From Octopus vulgaris (taxonomy: Eukaryota): a DNA stretch of 64,000 nt. Numbering within the stretch: the stretch's first letter is position 1; every line of letters starts with the position of its first letter. The DNA lies in assembly GCA_951406725.2 (NCBI GenBank), contig OX597835.1:4836001-4900000 (forward strand), in the 5' to 3' direction. The notes below the pieces were generated by a model. The model saw only the letters and a list, made by a program, of their open reading frames with translations. It did not search any database and was not told where the DNA came from. Positions 23,827-35,210 of the stretch are shown piece after piece. A program made the translations under genes and the position numbers.

Positions 23827-26800
23827 TTACTGACATTTATCTGTTTCTTCGCCAATAGTGTTTGTTATCTCCGCAAGAACTTTTGACTCGTTGGCACTGC
23901 TTAGCAAGGATTTGGGTTTGGAAATGTCTTCCAAACCAGTCGGTTTGCCTTTTCGCTTGCTTACCAAATTCCGTTTGCTTTTTAAATCACTCCTGACTCT
24001 TCGCTTACTACTCGTTGTCGGCTGGAGTTTGACGGTTTTACCTTTCGAGTTGTTCTCTACTTTACCTTCACTGCCGAACAAATTTGCAAACATCCCGCTT
24101 TCGTTTGAATCGTGTTCCAATGGAGACAAAGAAAATGGTGTGTTGGTATTTTTGGACTGGTAATTTACATTTAAAGCCTTTTTCAAATTAGAAGGAAAAT
24201 TCTCTTGGTCTGGGTTATCCTCCCACGAGGAATCGGCAAACTTCCACTTGATTTCTTTTTCTTTTCCATCTATGGTCGAATAAAACACCGAGTCATCCGG
24301 GTCTGGGGTTGAAGTACCTTGTAAATTAGGTTGCGATAATTCCTGGCTTTCAGAAGAAATCTTTCGCAGATTCTGAGGTTTCGCCAAAAAGTTACAGTCA
24401 GTTTGCGAACGCTGAGCAGTTGACATAAATTGATCATTTAAAGATGAACTGAAGGACGCAAAGTTTTTCTTTTCTCTTTCCAAAATGGATTCAATAAAAG
24501 AATTGCTCCCAGATTTCTGAAGACACGGAGAATTTTCCACAGAGGTTTCTTTGGCAGTAGTACCGTCTTCACTCAGTGAATCGGAATCAGATTTTTCTTC
24601 GGTGAATGAAATAATACTTTCTGTTTCTGACGACATCTCACTCGACCACCAATGAAAATCTGAGTTAACAGGCGTATCATTGGGGAAATTCATATCAATT
24701 AAGCTTTCATCGTTGTTATCGTAACTTAGTTCTTCGATGTCAGACTGTTTTTTATCAGTTGATGATACGGAACACTCCGTTTTATGTTTATTTACGACGT
24801 CCATGATAAGTTTCTCTGTGTTTGTAGCTGTCGTGTGACTAGACTTCTTCATTTCAATCGAGTGAAAGCCAGACTTTGGCTTACAGTCCCGACTTTTACA
24901 TGCCAATTCTAATTCCGTATCAGAATCTAAAGATTCTGAACATGGATCCGGTTTGGGTGTCGGTGTGTTCGTAGATTTATTAGTTTTGAAAAGTCTGTCT
25001 GATTTTGTCAGTGTAAAGTCATTTTCCTCCGTCTTTGAACGAAATGGTTTGTTTTGCGAATTGAAGAATTTTTTCAATGAATTTGAATTGAACTTACAGA
25101 CATTCTTAAACGGAAATGAAGCACAGAAAGGAAGTGGTTTGTTTTCAACTTGCGTTTGCTTGTCCCAGGCAAGGTTTTTCATCTTATTTGTGGTATTAAA
25201 TATATCCAATTTGTGATTGTCACTTTCTTCTTGATTTCTCTTGAAAGAATCGCAACTTTGTAATGGCATTTTCATGTTAGCTGTTCCATAGCTCTCGAGA
25301 ACATTCTGAAAAGGTTTCTCACTGATGTTTCTTTTGCTTGGAGAATTAATTTGAAAAGAATCATCCGAAGAATACGGCCTGATGTTGATGGAATATTCAT
25401 CGGAATTATTAGTCTTTTTTTCTATATTGCTAAAATTGTCAACAGTCTGGTTTAATTGATCGAATGAACAAGAACCATATGAAAATCTAGAACTTAACAT
25501 CGACTGTAGTTTCTTGGTAATGTTTGTATTACAAACTTTAACTTGATCGAGTTCGGATAAAGTTTCAGTTACTTTTTTCTGAAGATCATAGTTGAGTCTC
25601 TTTAACAAAGCTTTTTCTTTCTCAAGGGCCATTACTTGTTTCCAATGATTTTCAACGCTTCCTTTTAATTGATCCTTCAGTTTGCCAATATCATTTCCCT
25701 GTTTCATTAATCTCCACTCAAAACCAAACTTTATTCCCTTGACACATTCTACCTCTGTTTGTAGATCCTTGATAATCTTAACCAATTTTTCAATTTCTAG
25801 CAGATTGGATTCTGTTAGATTCTTATAATAGGTAAGGCTCTCTTTCAGATGAATATATTCTTCTCTGGATAATACTTGTGTGTTGAGATTAGCATTTTCT
25901 TTTTCCTTCGTGTCTACCAGCTCACAACACTCTGATGTTGGTGCTTCAAAAATATTACCTGTTTTAATTGATTCCTTTTCTGAACAGATTCTTAACTTTC
26001 TTCCTTTATTGTTACACATGTTGAATGAGTCATCGGGGTAAGTAACATTACTCGGCAGCTTTTTAAGTTTACTCAACATGTGAACATTCCACGAATTTCT
26101 TAGAAAACATTTTTGCATGTAAAGTTCCCTCGGGTAATACAGAGACCTGGTTTTCGGAGTATACGCTATGACGTCACGATTTCCTCTTTTCAGAAGTGCC
26201 TTTGATTTAACCGGCTCCTCGTCCAGGTATTTTAGATTCTTCTCATCGTTTTTCACTTTGTTTTCACTTTGTTTCTCTGTAATGTTCATTTCGTTTAATT
26301 TACAATTAACAAAATTATCAACGCCGGAGTTTTCTTTACACAGATCATACAAGTTAATAAATTCCGTCGGTTTCCTAATGTTTTCCGATTTGTTTTCATC
26401 TGATGGAACATTTAAAGTATCATCGATATTTTGTGTTAATACTTCTGAGTTATTGGCCGTTTTCAGACAAGATGGAACGGGATACACGATATCATGGACA
26501 GAGGTGATTTTTTCTCTTCGTTTCTGAATCATTGGTAGCCAGTTGTTACGGCATTGAAGAATTTCATCGTTGACTTTTAAAGAAGTGTCGAGTGGCCTCG
26601 AGACATTCATTTTATCTTCATCGTCGGCTATAATTTTAAATGGTGAACTAATACCTAAAACTTCGCAGCGATTGTTTAAATATGCAAAAGCATAGCTATA
26701 GGAGCTATTTGAGGGAAATTGAAACTGGAAATTGACTTTTCTAATATTATTCGTTTCCTTTAAATATTGGTGGCTTGACCAAACTGAATCGACACAATCA

Positions 26801-26997
26801 TTAACTGAAGTCCAACTTACGGGGAAAATTCCAATCCAATCGTCCAAACTCGGAGTGAATGAATATTTTAAAGAATATGTAAGAGTGACATTTTCGTTCG
26901 GCTCATAGGTCGGACGGATATCTTGAAATATGACAAGGTCTTTTACCTTCATTTTGTTTTCTTTTCTTTGCGGCAACTCTACATTATGATCTTCCAT
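23827..26997 (-). CDS. Intronless SKICH-domain coiled-coil protein, TAX1BP1/CALCOCO family-like (1056 aa)
   Basis: 3171-bp open frame, start context AAAATG upstream and ATTATGG at the ATG; aa about 21-123 match SKICH (VIFQDI..Y.P, DWIGIFPVSW, WS, Y.F.Y, VLGISSPFKI); heptad coiled coil at aa about 378-500; long S/D/E-rich tail. Confidence 0.9.
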   Translation of the reverse strand: MEDHNVELPQRKENKMKVKDLVIFQDIRPTYEPNENVTLTYSLKYSFTPSLDDWIGIFPVSWTSVNDCVDSVWSSHQYLKETNNIRKVNFQFQFPSNSSYSYAFAYLNNRCEVLGISSPFKIIADDEDKMNVSRPLDTSLKVNDEILQCRNNWLPMIQKRREKITSVHDIVYPVPSCLKTANNSEVLTQNIDDTLNVPSDENKSENIRKPTEFINLYDLCKENSGVDNFVNCKLNEMNITEKQSENKVKNDEKNLKYLDEEPVKSKALLKRGNRDVIAYTPKTRSLYYPRELYMQKCFLRNSWNVHMLSKLKKLPSNVTYPDDSFNMCNNKGRKLRICSEKESIKTGNIFEAPTSECCELVDTKEKENANLNTQVLSREEYIHLKESLTYYKNLTESNLLEIEKLVKIIKDLQTEVECVKGIKFGFEWRLMKQGNDIGKLKDQLKGSVENHWKQVMALEKEKALLKRLNYDLQKKVTETLSELDQVKVCNTNITKKLQSMLSSRFSYGSCSFDQLNQTVDNFSNIEKKTNNSDEYSINIRPYSSDDSFQINSPSKRNISEKPFQNVLESYGTANMKMPLQSCDSFKRNQEESDNHKLDIFNTTNKMKNLAWDKQTQVENKPLPFCASFPFKNVCKFNSNSLKKFFNSQNKPFRSKTEENDFTLTKSDRLFKTNKSTNTPTPKPDPCSESLDSDTELELACKSRDCKPKSGFHSIEMKKSSHTTATNTEKLIMDVVNKHKTECSVSSTDKKQSDIEELSYDNNDESLIDMNFPNDTPVNSDFHWWSSEMSSETESIISFTEEKSDSDSLSEDGTTAKETSVENSPCLQKSGSNSFIESILEREKKNFASFSSSLNDQFMSTAQRSQTDCNFLAKPQNLRKISSESQELSQPNLQGTSTPDPDDSVFYSTIDGKEKEIKWKFADSSWEDNPDQENFPSNLKKALNVNYQSKNTNTPFSLSPLEHDSNESGMFANLFGSEGKVENNSKGKTVKLQPTTSSKRRVRSDLKSKRNLVSKRKGKPTGLEDISKPKSLLSSANESKVLAEITNTIGEETDKCQ

Positions 26998-27195
26998 AAT
27001 TTAAAATGGGACCCTGTAGACGCAGAAGCTGTTAAAAGCCAAATAACAACAACGAACGGCTGTTGTATTAAAAGTGAAAATCTAAATTTCGTCACAGCGT
27101 TTTTAGCCGAGCGAGAAAACACAAACCAAAAAAAAACAAAAAAAAAAACAAAAATACTTATATAATAAATAAAAAAGAAACCGTTAGCGCGTGTT

Positions 27196-27220
27196 TGACG
27201 TGAATTTTGGGTCACGTGCA
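27196..27220. promoter_or_regulatory. CRE-like (TGACGTGA) and CLEAR/E-box-like (GTCACGTG) motifs in the putative promoter of the SKICH gene
   Basis: TGACGTGA at 27196-27203 and GTCACGTGCA at 27211-27220, about 200 bp upstream of ATG 26997 in CpG-retaining unique sequence. Confidence 0.45.
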
Positions 27221-27455
27221 ACTTTCGTTTCCATCTTAAACTTCCTTATTTCTAGTACAAGTTCTTCTACCTTCAGCTCGTCTTTTCATATAATTTAATC
27301 CGTAAGAACTTTGTTGTCTACTTTGTTGCTGTGGACGAGTGGCTGGGATTACGTTTCCAGTTTCAGTTCATTGCGATTGAATTAATTCCACTTAGCTTAC
27401 TGTAATAATAATGCATTAAACTAAATAGGATTCCCCCCTCTCTCTCTTTCTCTCT

Positions 27456-27549
<94 letters not shown>

Positions 27550-27872
27550 CTTCACTTGTTTCAGTCATTTGACTGCGGCCATGCTGGAGCACCGCCTTTA
27601 GTCGAGCAAATCGATTCCGGGACTTATTCTTTGTAAGCCCAGTACTTATTCTATCGGTCTCTTTTTGCCGAACCGCTAAGTGACGGGGACGTAAACACAC
27701 CAGCATTGGTTGTCAAGCAATGCTAGGGGGACAAACACAGACACACAAACACACACACATACATACATATATATATATATACATATATACGACAGGCTTC
27801 TTTCAGTTTCTGTCTACCAAATCCACTCACATGTGGTTGGTTAGCAAGCTACTTACCACACAGCCACTCCTG
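27550..27872 (-). mobile_element. tRNA-derived SINE (AGGAGTGGCTGTGTGG family) with internal deletion
   Basis: Reverse complement of the 8817-9215 family. Confidence 0.8.
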
Positions 27873-28491
27873 CTGTATATATATACATATATATATGTAT
27901 ATATATAATAAAATTATAATAAGGGTGCTGAATGACTTCAACACCAGTCCGCTAGAAATAGACCCCAGATGGTCCATGAACTACTTAGATTATTACTCCA
28001 GTACACAAGGCTGCAAGCTATGTATGTATGTATGTATGTATACATGCATGCTCCTACAAGTGCCCTGTGCTCTTACCAAGTTAAAAGCATCCTGCACACA
28101 CTGCAAAGTGGTTGACATTAGAAAGGGCATCCAGCTATAGAAACCAGGCCAAATCAGGCTGGGACCTGGTGCAGCTTTCCTACTTGCTTGCCAGCTCTGG
28201 TCAAACAGACGACTCCATACCAGCATGGACAACAGACATTAAAGGAGATGGTGATGGTGATGATGATGAGATATATCCAAGAAGACGACAAATAGAGTTT
28301 ATCACATCCTTAACACCTGGTTACAATTGTTTCTGTACAAATATATATATCATCATCATCATCATTTAGCGTCTGTTTTCCATGCTAGCATGGGTTGGAC
28401 GGTTCAACTGGGGTCTGTGAAGCCAGAAGGCTGCATCAGGCCCAGTCTGATCTGGCAGTGTTTCTACAGCTGGATGCCCTTCCTAACACCA

Positions 28492-28592
<101 letters not shown>

Positions 28593-29159
28593 GCAAACAG
28601 ATAGACAAACAGATCATCATCATCATTTAATATCTGTCTTCCATGCTGGCATGAGTTGGATGGTTTGACAGAAGGCGACAACCCAGAGAGCTGCACTAGG
28701 CTCCAGTGTCTTCTTTGGCATGTCTTTTTGCAACTGGATGCCCTTCCTAATGCCAACCATTTTACAGAGTGTACTGTGTACTTTTGTATGTGGCACCAGC
28801 AATGGTGCTTTTTACAAGGCACCAGTACCAGCAGGGCCACTAAAGACCTCTCAACTGGGAGAAGGAGTGGAACCATAGTAAGTGGCTTTGTGCCAGGTGA
28901 GATGTTAGAGTATAAGTAAGGGATAGAGAGAGGCATCTTACTACACAGGAGGTATTTGGCTACCACAGTAGAAAAAGACAGGAGAGGAAGAAGAGATAGA
29001 GAGAAAGATAGGGAGAGAAAGTCAGAATGAAAGAGAGAAAGAGAGTACAAACATGTAGATGTAAATTTAGATACATATATGTAAGTAGATATGTGCATGT
29101 ATAAACTATGTACATATATGCACATGATATGTATATAAGTAGGTACAAGCATACACTCT

Positions 29160-29375
29160 CTCTCTCTCTTTACTCTTTTACTTGTTTCAGTCATTTGACT
29201 GCGGCCATGCTGGAGCACTGCCTTTAGTCGAGCAACTCGACACCGGGACTTATTCTTTTGTAAGCCCAGTACTTATTCTATCAGTCTCTTTTTGCCGGAC
29301 CGCTAAGTGACGGGGACGTAAACACACCACCATCGGTTGTCAAGCAATGCTAGGGGAACAAACACAGACACACAA

Positions 29376-29440
<65 letters not shown>

Positions 29441-29602
29441 TACGACAGGCTTCTTTCAGTTTCCGTCTACCAAATCCACTCACAAGGCATTGGTCGGCCC
29501 GGGGCTGTAGCAGAAGACACTTGCCCAAGATGCCACGCAGTGGGACTGAACCTGGAACCATGTGGTTGGTTAGCAAGCTACTTACCACACAGCCACTCCT
29601 GC
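29160..29602 (-). mobile_element. tRNA-derived SINE (AGGAGTGGCTGTGTGG family)
   Basis: Reverse complement of the 8817-9215 family. Confidence 0.85.
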
Positions 29603-29921
29603 TATATACATGCTAAAATATATAGTTGATTGGACAACTGAATGCTCACCAAATTAGCATGCCAAGTGGCTGAGTATTCCCAAGACACATGCACCCCTTT
29701 AATGGGAGTCTCAGGCAGAATCAACCTGATACTGTGTGATGAATGAACTTTTGGAATAACAAGTAGAGTTTATCTGATGGACATTTTCTGTTCATCTATC
29801 CAGCTTCGGTTGTAAAGCTTAAATCAGTCCAGTGTGATGCAGAAGTATTGAACTGTAGCTGCAAACTGAACTTTGGAACCATTTGGCCATGCCAGTAGCC
29901 TTACACGTGTGTGTGTGTGTG

Positions 29922-29955
<34 letters not shown>

Positions 29956-29979
29956 CATGTAGATCATGAGAAGTATCAA

Positions 29980-30380
29980 TTACTCTTTACTCTTTTACTT
30001 GTTTCAGTCATTTGACTGCGGCCATGCTGGAGCACCACCTTTAGTCGAGCAAATCGACCCCGGGACTTATTCTTTGTAAGCCTAGTACTTATTCTATCGG
30101 TCTCTTTTGCCGAACTGCTAAGTGACGGGGACGTAAACATCGGTTGTCAAGTAATGCTAGGGGGACAAACACAGACACACAAACATACACACACACACAC
30201 ATATTTACATATATACGACAGGCTTCTTTCAGTTTCCGTTTACCAAATCCACTCACAAGGCATTGGTCGGCCCGGGGCTATAGCAGAAGACACTTGCCCA
30301 AGATGCCACGCAGTGGGACTGAACCCGGAACCATGTGGTTGGTAAGCAAGCTACTTACCTCACAGCCACTCCTGCGCCTA
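29980..30380 (-). mobile_element. tRNA-derived SINE (AGGAGTGGCTGTGTGG family)
   Basis: Reverse complement of the 8817-9215 family. Confidence 0.85.
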
Positions 30381-30812
30381 TTGTTTTAAAATTTCCATAT
30401 ATATATGTTTCTAAAGCTAAGCTCTGTTCTGGCTTGTAAGACTAAAGCTTCCAGACCATCTGTGTTATTGTTGATGCATAATTCAAAACTTATGAGTAGA
30501 TTTCTACCCTTTTTCCATCCAAGGGTATTTCACTGATTGTATTATGAGCTATTTATGGTTACATTTCCATTGAGAAGACACATACACACATATACATATA
30601 ATATACACACACATTTGTGTAAGGAATACAGTAATTGGTACAAAAGCTAAGTAATTTACTTAGTGCCAGAGATGATGGTGTCTGACATTATACCTTTCAC
30701 TCTAGTCTTCCATATAACCTCTTTCGCAACTGCTACTATCACGAGAAAGCAATGCTTACCTTCGTTCGTCATGTAGCGAGGCGGGTCAATTTTATATTTC
30801 ACTCTACAATTT

Positions 30813-31228
30813 CATCATCATCATCATCATCATCGTTTAACGTCCGTTCTCCATACTAGCATGGGTTGGACGGTTCGACCGGGGATCTGGGAAGCCAGAA
30901 GGCTGCACCAGGCTCCGGTCTTATCTGGCAAAGTTTCTACAGCTGGATGCCCTTCCTAAAGCCAACAACTCCATGAGTGTAGTGGGTGCTTTTTACGTGC
31001 CACCTGCACTGGTGCCAGGCGAGGCTGGCATCGGCCACGGTTGGATTGGTGCATTTTATGGAAGCCAGTCAAGGCGGCACTGGCTTCGGCTACGATTCGG
31101 ATGGTGCTTTTTACGTGCCACCGACACGGAAGCCAGTCGAGGTGGCGCTGGCAGCGGCCACAATTCGGATGGTGCATTTTATGGAAGCCAGTCGAGGCGG
31201 CACTGGCTTTGGCTACGATTCGGATGTA
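30813..31228 (-). mobile_element. (GAT)n-tailed non-LTR retroelement 3' end with internal tandem subunits
   Basis: (CAT)n-GTTTAACGTCC..GGATGCCCTTCCTAA motif also found near 28350, 28614, 38003, 40964, 42510-42845, 48270-48450 and 60300-60720. Confidence 0.7.
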
Positions 31229-31414
31229 GAGTGAAATATAAAATTAAATTAAATTAACTAATTAAAGCCAATAAGTTTAGAAATTTATATGATATTGCTT
31301 ATTTGACATTCATTTTTGTAGTCAAAACTAAATTATTTGCAAAAAATATCAGTTAATATATCCATGATTTCATTTACTTTCTTTTTTAAACCTTTAAAAA
31401 AGACTCTTTTGAAG

Positions 31415-31596
31415 GATGGTGTTCTGCGAAGACTACAGCTGGAGAATGGCTTGAAATCTACTATGAATATCCTGTTTTGATTTCAAAACTTAGTCTGTAT
31501 GCACCAAACCAAGGAACGAATTATGCAAAGCAGTTTAGGTTTGAAGTTGAAACAGCAGATTCAAAACCAGGACAGTCCCAAAAACTGGAAGACACA
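31415..31596 (+). CDS. VWDE-like gene exon: central part of F5/8 type C (discoidin) domain
   Basis: ag/ (G)WCSAKTTAGEWLEIYYEYPVLISKLSLYAPNQGTNYAKQFRFEVETADSKPGQSQKLEDT /gtaagt; phase 1 to 0; WC..EWL.I motif. Confidence 0.85.
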
Positions 31597-31805
31597 GTAA
31601 GTTTCAGTTTACTCCACATTTTTCTCTTCTCATTAAGAAAATTTTTGATTGTTTCCTTTTATTATTTTTTTAAAATAAAATATTAGGAGATTTGTTGGAG
31701 CTGCAAATTTAGAAAAAATCTATTTTATTTATTTATTCATTATTTGTTTTTTTTCTTGATTTAATCACTGGGTTATGATCATGATAGATCAAAGTCCTCA
31801 AAGAC

Positions 31806-32030
31806 CTATTTCTTTACTACCCACAAGGGGCTAAACATAGAGGGGACAAACAAGGACAGGCAAACGGATTAAGTCGATTACATCGACCCCAATGAGTAAC
31901 TGGTACTTAATTTATCGACCCCGAAAGGATGAAAGGCAAAGTCGACCTCGGTGGAATTTGAACTCAGAACGTAATGGCAGACGAAATACGGCTACGCATT
32001 TCGCCCGGTGTGCTAACGTTTCTGCCAGTT
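31806..32030 (-). mobile_element. tRNA-derived SINE (GAGCTGGCAG family)
   Basis: Reverse complement of 14784-15012. Confidence 0.8.
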
Positions 32031-32138
32031 CACTGGCTTCAGGGACTTGCTTTTGATCAGGCTCAATACAGTACTTATTGTTGTCTTGCTTGTGTTTTAT
32101 CAAAATCTATTGTCGAACCGCTATGTAAGTGAACATAA

Positions 32139-32294
32139 TGGCGTAGGAGTGGCTGTGTGGTAGTAGCTTGTTTGCCAACCGCATGGTTCTGGGTTCAGTC
32201 CCACTGCATGGCACCTTGGACAAGTGTCTTCTACTATAGCCTCGAACCGACCAGAGCTTTGTGAGTGGATTTGGTGGACAGAAACTGAAAGAAG

Positions 32295-32347
<53 letters not shown>

Positions 32348-32622
32348 CATACATACATATATATATATTTTTGGCATCCTTTTTGTCTTGGGAGACAATG
32401 GAGTTGCGCATAAACTAATCTAGTCCAGCTTTTACATTTCATGTCCTAATACATCTCCTGCTGTGGCTGTGTAGTTCTATCTTGGACAAACACTCCCTCT
32501 GGCAGGTGCCGCAAATGTAGTGAAGACTTTGCTTGGCTGGTTCTAATGTCATAGTTTCTTGTTGACGTCTTTTCTTGTCTTCCCATATATATATATATAC
32601 ACACATATATATGTGTACATAC

Positions 32623-32654
<32 letters not shown>

Positions 32655-32870
32655 CTTTGTGTCTGTGTTTGCCCACCCACCTTCGGTTGATAACTGATGT
32701 TGGTGTCTTTACTTCCCTGTAACTTAGCGGTTCAGCAAAAGAGACCAACAGAATAAGTACTAAGCTTACAATGAATAAGTCCTGGGTTGATTTCTTTCAC
32801 TAAAACCCTTTAAGGTGGTGCTCCAGCATGGCCTTAGTCAAGTGTCTGAAACAAGTAAAAGAGTAAAAGA
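32139..32870 (+). mobile_element. AGGAGTGGCTGTGTGG-family SINE interrupted in its (TA)n by an RTE-LINE 3' fragment (about 32370-32585, -)
   Basis: SINE halves flank a fragment encoding YICGTCQRECLSKIELHSHSRRC; related to 12190-12310. Confidence 0.7.
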
Positions 32871-33096
32871 ATAAAAATAAATTATAATATTGTTCTGCCT
32901 AACATGACATTCATGTGTTCATGTGTTCTGCTCTGAACAGTCATAACTATGGAAATCGATGACAATCGAAATCTTTTTATACAAAGGAAACAAGTTCTTT
33001 GAGTGTGAAACTATAAACCAACCCTTTTAAACCAATTTTGGTCATGGCTTCTTTAAGAACTTCTCTTAGGGTCTCAGGAAAACCATATAAAACAGT

Positions 33097-33510
33097 TACT
33101 CTTTTACTTGTTTCAGTCATTTGACTGTGGCCATGCTGGAGCACCACCTTTAGTCGAGCAAATTGACTCCAGGACTTATTCTTTGTAAGCCTTGTACTTA
33201 TTCTATCAGTCTCTTTTGTCGAACTGCTAAGTTATGGGGACGTAAACACACCAGCATTGGTTGTCAAGCGATGTTGGGAGGACAAACATAGACACACAAA
33301 CATATACACACACACACACACATATATATATACTTACATATATACGACGGGCTTCTTTCAGTTTCCGTCTACCAAATCCACTCACAAGGCTTTGGTCGGC
33401 CCAAGGATATAGTAGAAGACACTTGCTCAAGGTGCCACGCAGTGGGACTGAACCCGGAATCATGTGGTTCGTAAGCAAGCTACTTACCAGACAGCCACTC
33501 CTATGCCTAT
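33097..33510 (-). mobile_element. tRNA-derived SINE (AGGAGTGGCTGTGTGG family), CpG-decayed
   Basis: Family match with CG to TG/CA changes. Confidence 0.8.
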
Positions 33511-34023
33511 GTTGTAAATGTCTTTCATTTATCTCTCCAATGCAATACAAACAAGCTCCCTTCAAATATGAGAAGGGCCCTGTGTAGGTGTGAGGTGTGG
33601 GGACATATTGTTCCTGTTGAGAAAAACTGCATTAAACAACCTCAACTATGTATAGTGTTGTAACTGTTATCTTGTCCCACACTGACCTTGATTAAGCAAC
33701 TCAATGATAAAATGCATTCTAGCCATAACTATCCCACATCTTAAGTGCTATCATGGATTACTTTGTTCAGTGGGCGCTTTCATATCTCAAGACTCTAGGG
33801 AGCAATTTTTAAGAAATTTAGAGGCTACTATTTCTAGCTGATCAACCGATCATTTAGAGGTGTCCTTATAAAGCATGTCTTGCATTTGGTGTATGTGTGT
33901 GTGTGTGTATGCATGCAGATTTTTTAGTAAGTTGACATTCTTGTAATGTCACAGCAATCCCTGTAATGATATGAATAGACAACCCTAACAAAGAAATTGT
34001 AATGGAACACTCTGAATGTTCAG

Positions 34024-34110
34024 GTCTGGTAGTCAAACGTTATTTCACTGATGGCGTTGATGCGTCTGGATCATCATCACCATCAGCAAAAACATCAGTA
34101 GCAAATTTTG
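34024..34110 (+). CDS. Candidate exon encoding the N-terminal part of the discoidin domain (out of genomic order)
   Basis: cag/ (G)LVVKRYFTDGVDASGSSSPSAKTSVANF(G) /gtaagt; 87 nt, phase 1-1; alternative in-frame acceptor at 33978. Confidence 0.45.
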
Positions 34111-34789
34111 GTAAGTTTATACTAGGTGAAATACACGTTTTTCTACAAATATAAAAAGCAGCCACTGATGCTGTTGTTGTTGTTGTTGTTGCTGTTGCTG
34201 TTGCTGTAGCTATTGTTGTTGTTGTTGTGGTGGTGGTAGTAGTGGTGGTGGTGACGATGATGATATTGAGGATGACAGCAGGTCAAACATTATACTTTGT
34301 AAGACTGACAGTGCTAGAAGGCGAGAGATGTGCGTATTAACTAATAAAATGTATTAACAAATGAAAGACAAAAGTACAACAGTAACATAATCACACTCAT
34401 TGGCTTGCAACTGTTTTGGTTATAAGTAACTGTACACCCCAGAGGTGAGTGCCACGGCAAAACATTATAGCTTGCCAAGAGATTTTACATAAGTTTCATG
34501 TTAAGGCCTTTAATCCTTTCTGGATCTGTAAAATAAAGTACCTGGCAGGTACTGACTGCCCATCTGATAAGGGTACATTAGGCACATGCTTCACAACCAT
34601 GTGTACAACATATTGATTTCATATCAAGATATACAGCACATGACTTTGCAGGTGGGGTTGTTAGAATTTTCTTCAGGTCAAGAAGCCCATCCCATTCAAA
34701 AGATCCCTGAATAAGGTTTGTTTAAGGATGATGAAAAATACACCTATGTCTCCAGAGATGACAAGGACAAAGAAGGTAAATTGATGGGG

Positions 34790-35210
34790 ATATGGCCTAG
34801 AAATGGTCATTCAGGCTGGACGAAAAGATTTGAATGAAATCCCTGAAGAGCTGATTCTACTGGAGGACAAAAGGTTGAGGGTGGTGGTGGAAGGAAGACC
34901 AGCAACCTGCTATCAATGCGGAGAGAAGGGACACATGAGAATAAGGTGCCCCCAGAAAGACAGTAAAAATGAAGAAAGCCAAAAGGAGCAGAGTGCCGAA
35001 GTGGTGGCCCTAGCAAGTGAGAAATGCATAGAGGAAGTTGAGGAAGCATTTATGGAGATGAACAGGAGAAAAAGAAAAGAATTTGTGAACTCACCTCTGA
35101 AGAGTCCAAAAAAGATAAAAAGTGTGAAATGGACATTGCAGAGCTTATGCAGTACACACCTCCATCAGCATCACCAACAAAAGGAAACAAAAAGGAACTT
35201 ACTCAGATAA
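34790..35210 (+). mobile_element. L1/Tx1-like ORF1 (gag-type zinc knuckle) remnant
   Basis: LRVVVEGRPATCYQCGEKGHMRIRCP = CX2CX4HX4C. Confidence 0.75.

Noticed and set aside
23858-26527. + strand ORFs overlapping the SKICH gene
   Set aside because: Antisense shadows of the real CDS
30975-31228. Repeat-spacer-like array
   Set aside because: Internal tandem subunits of a common retroelement in a eukaryote; spacers are not unique, so not CRISPR
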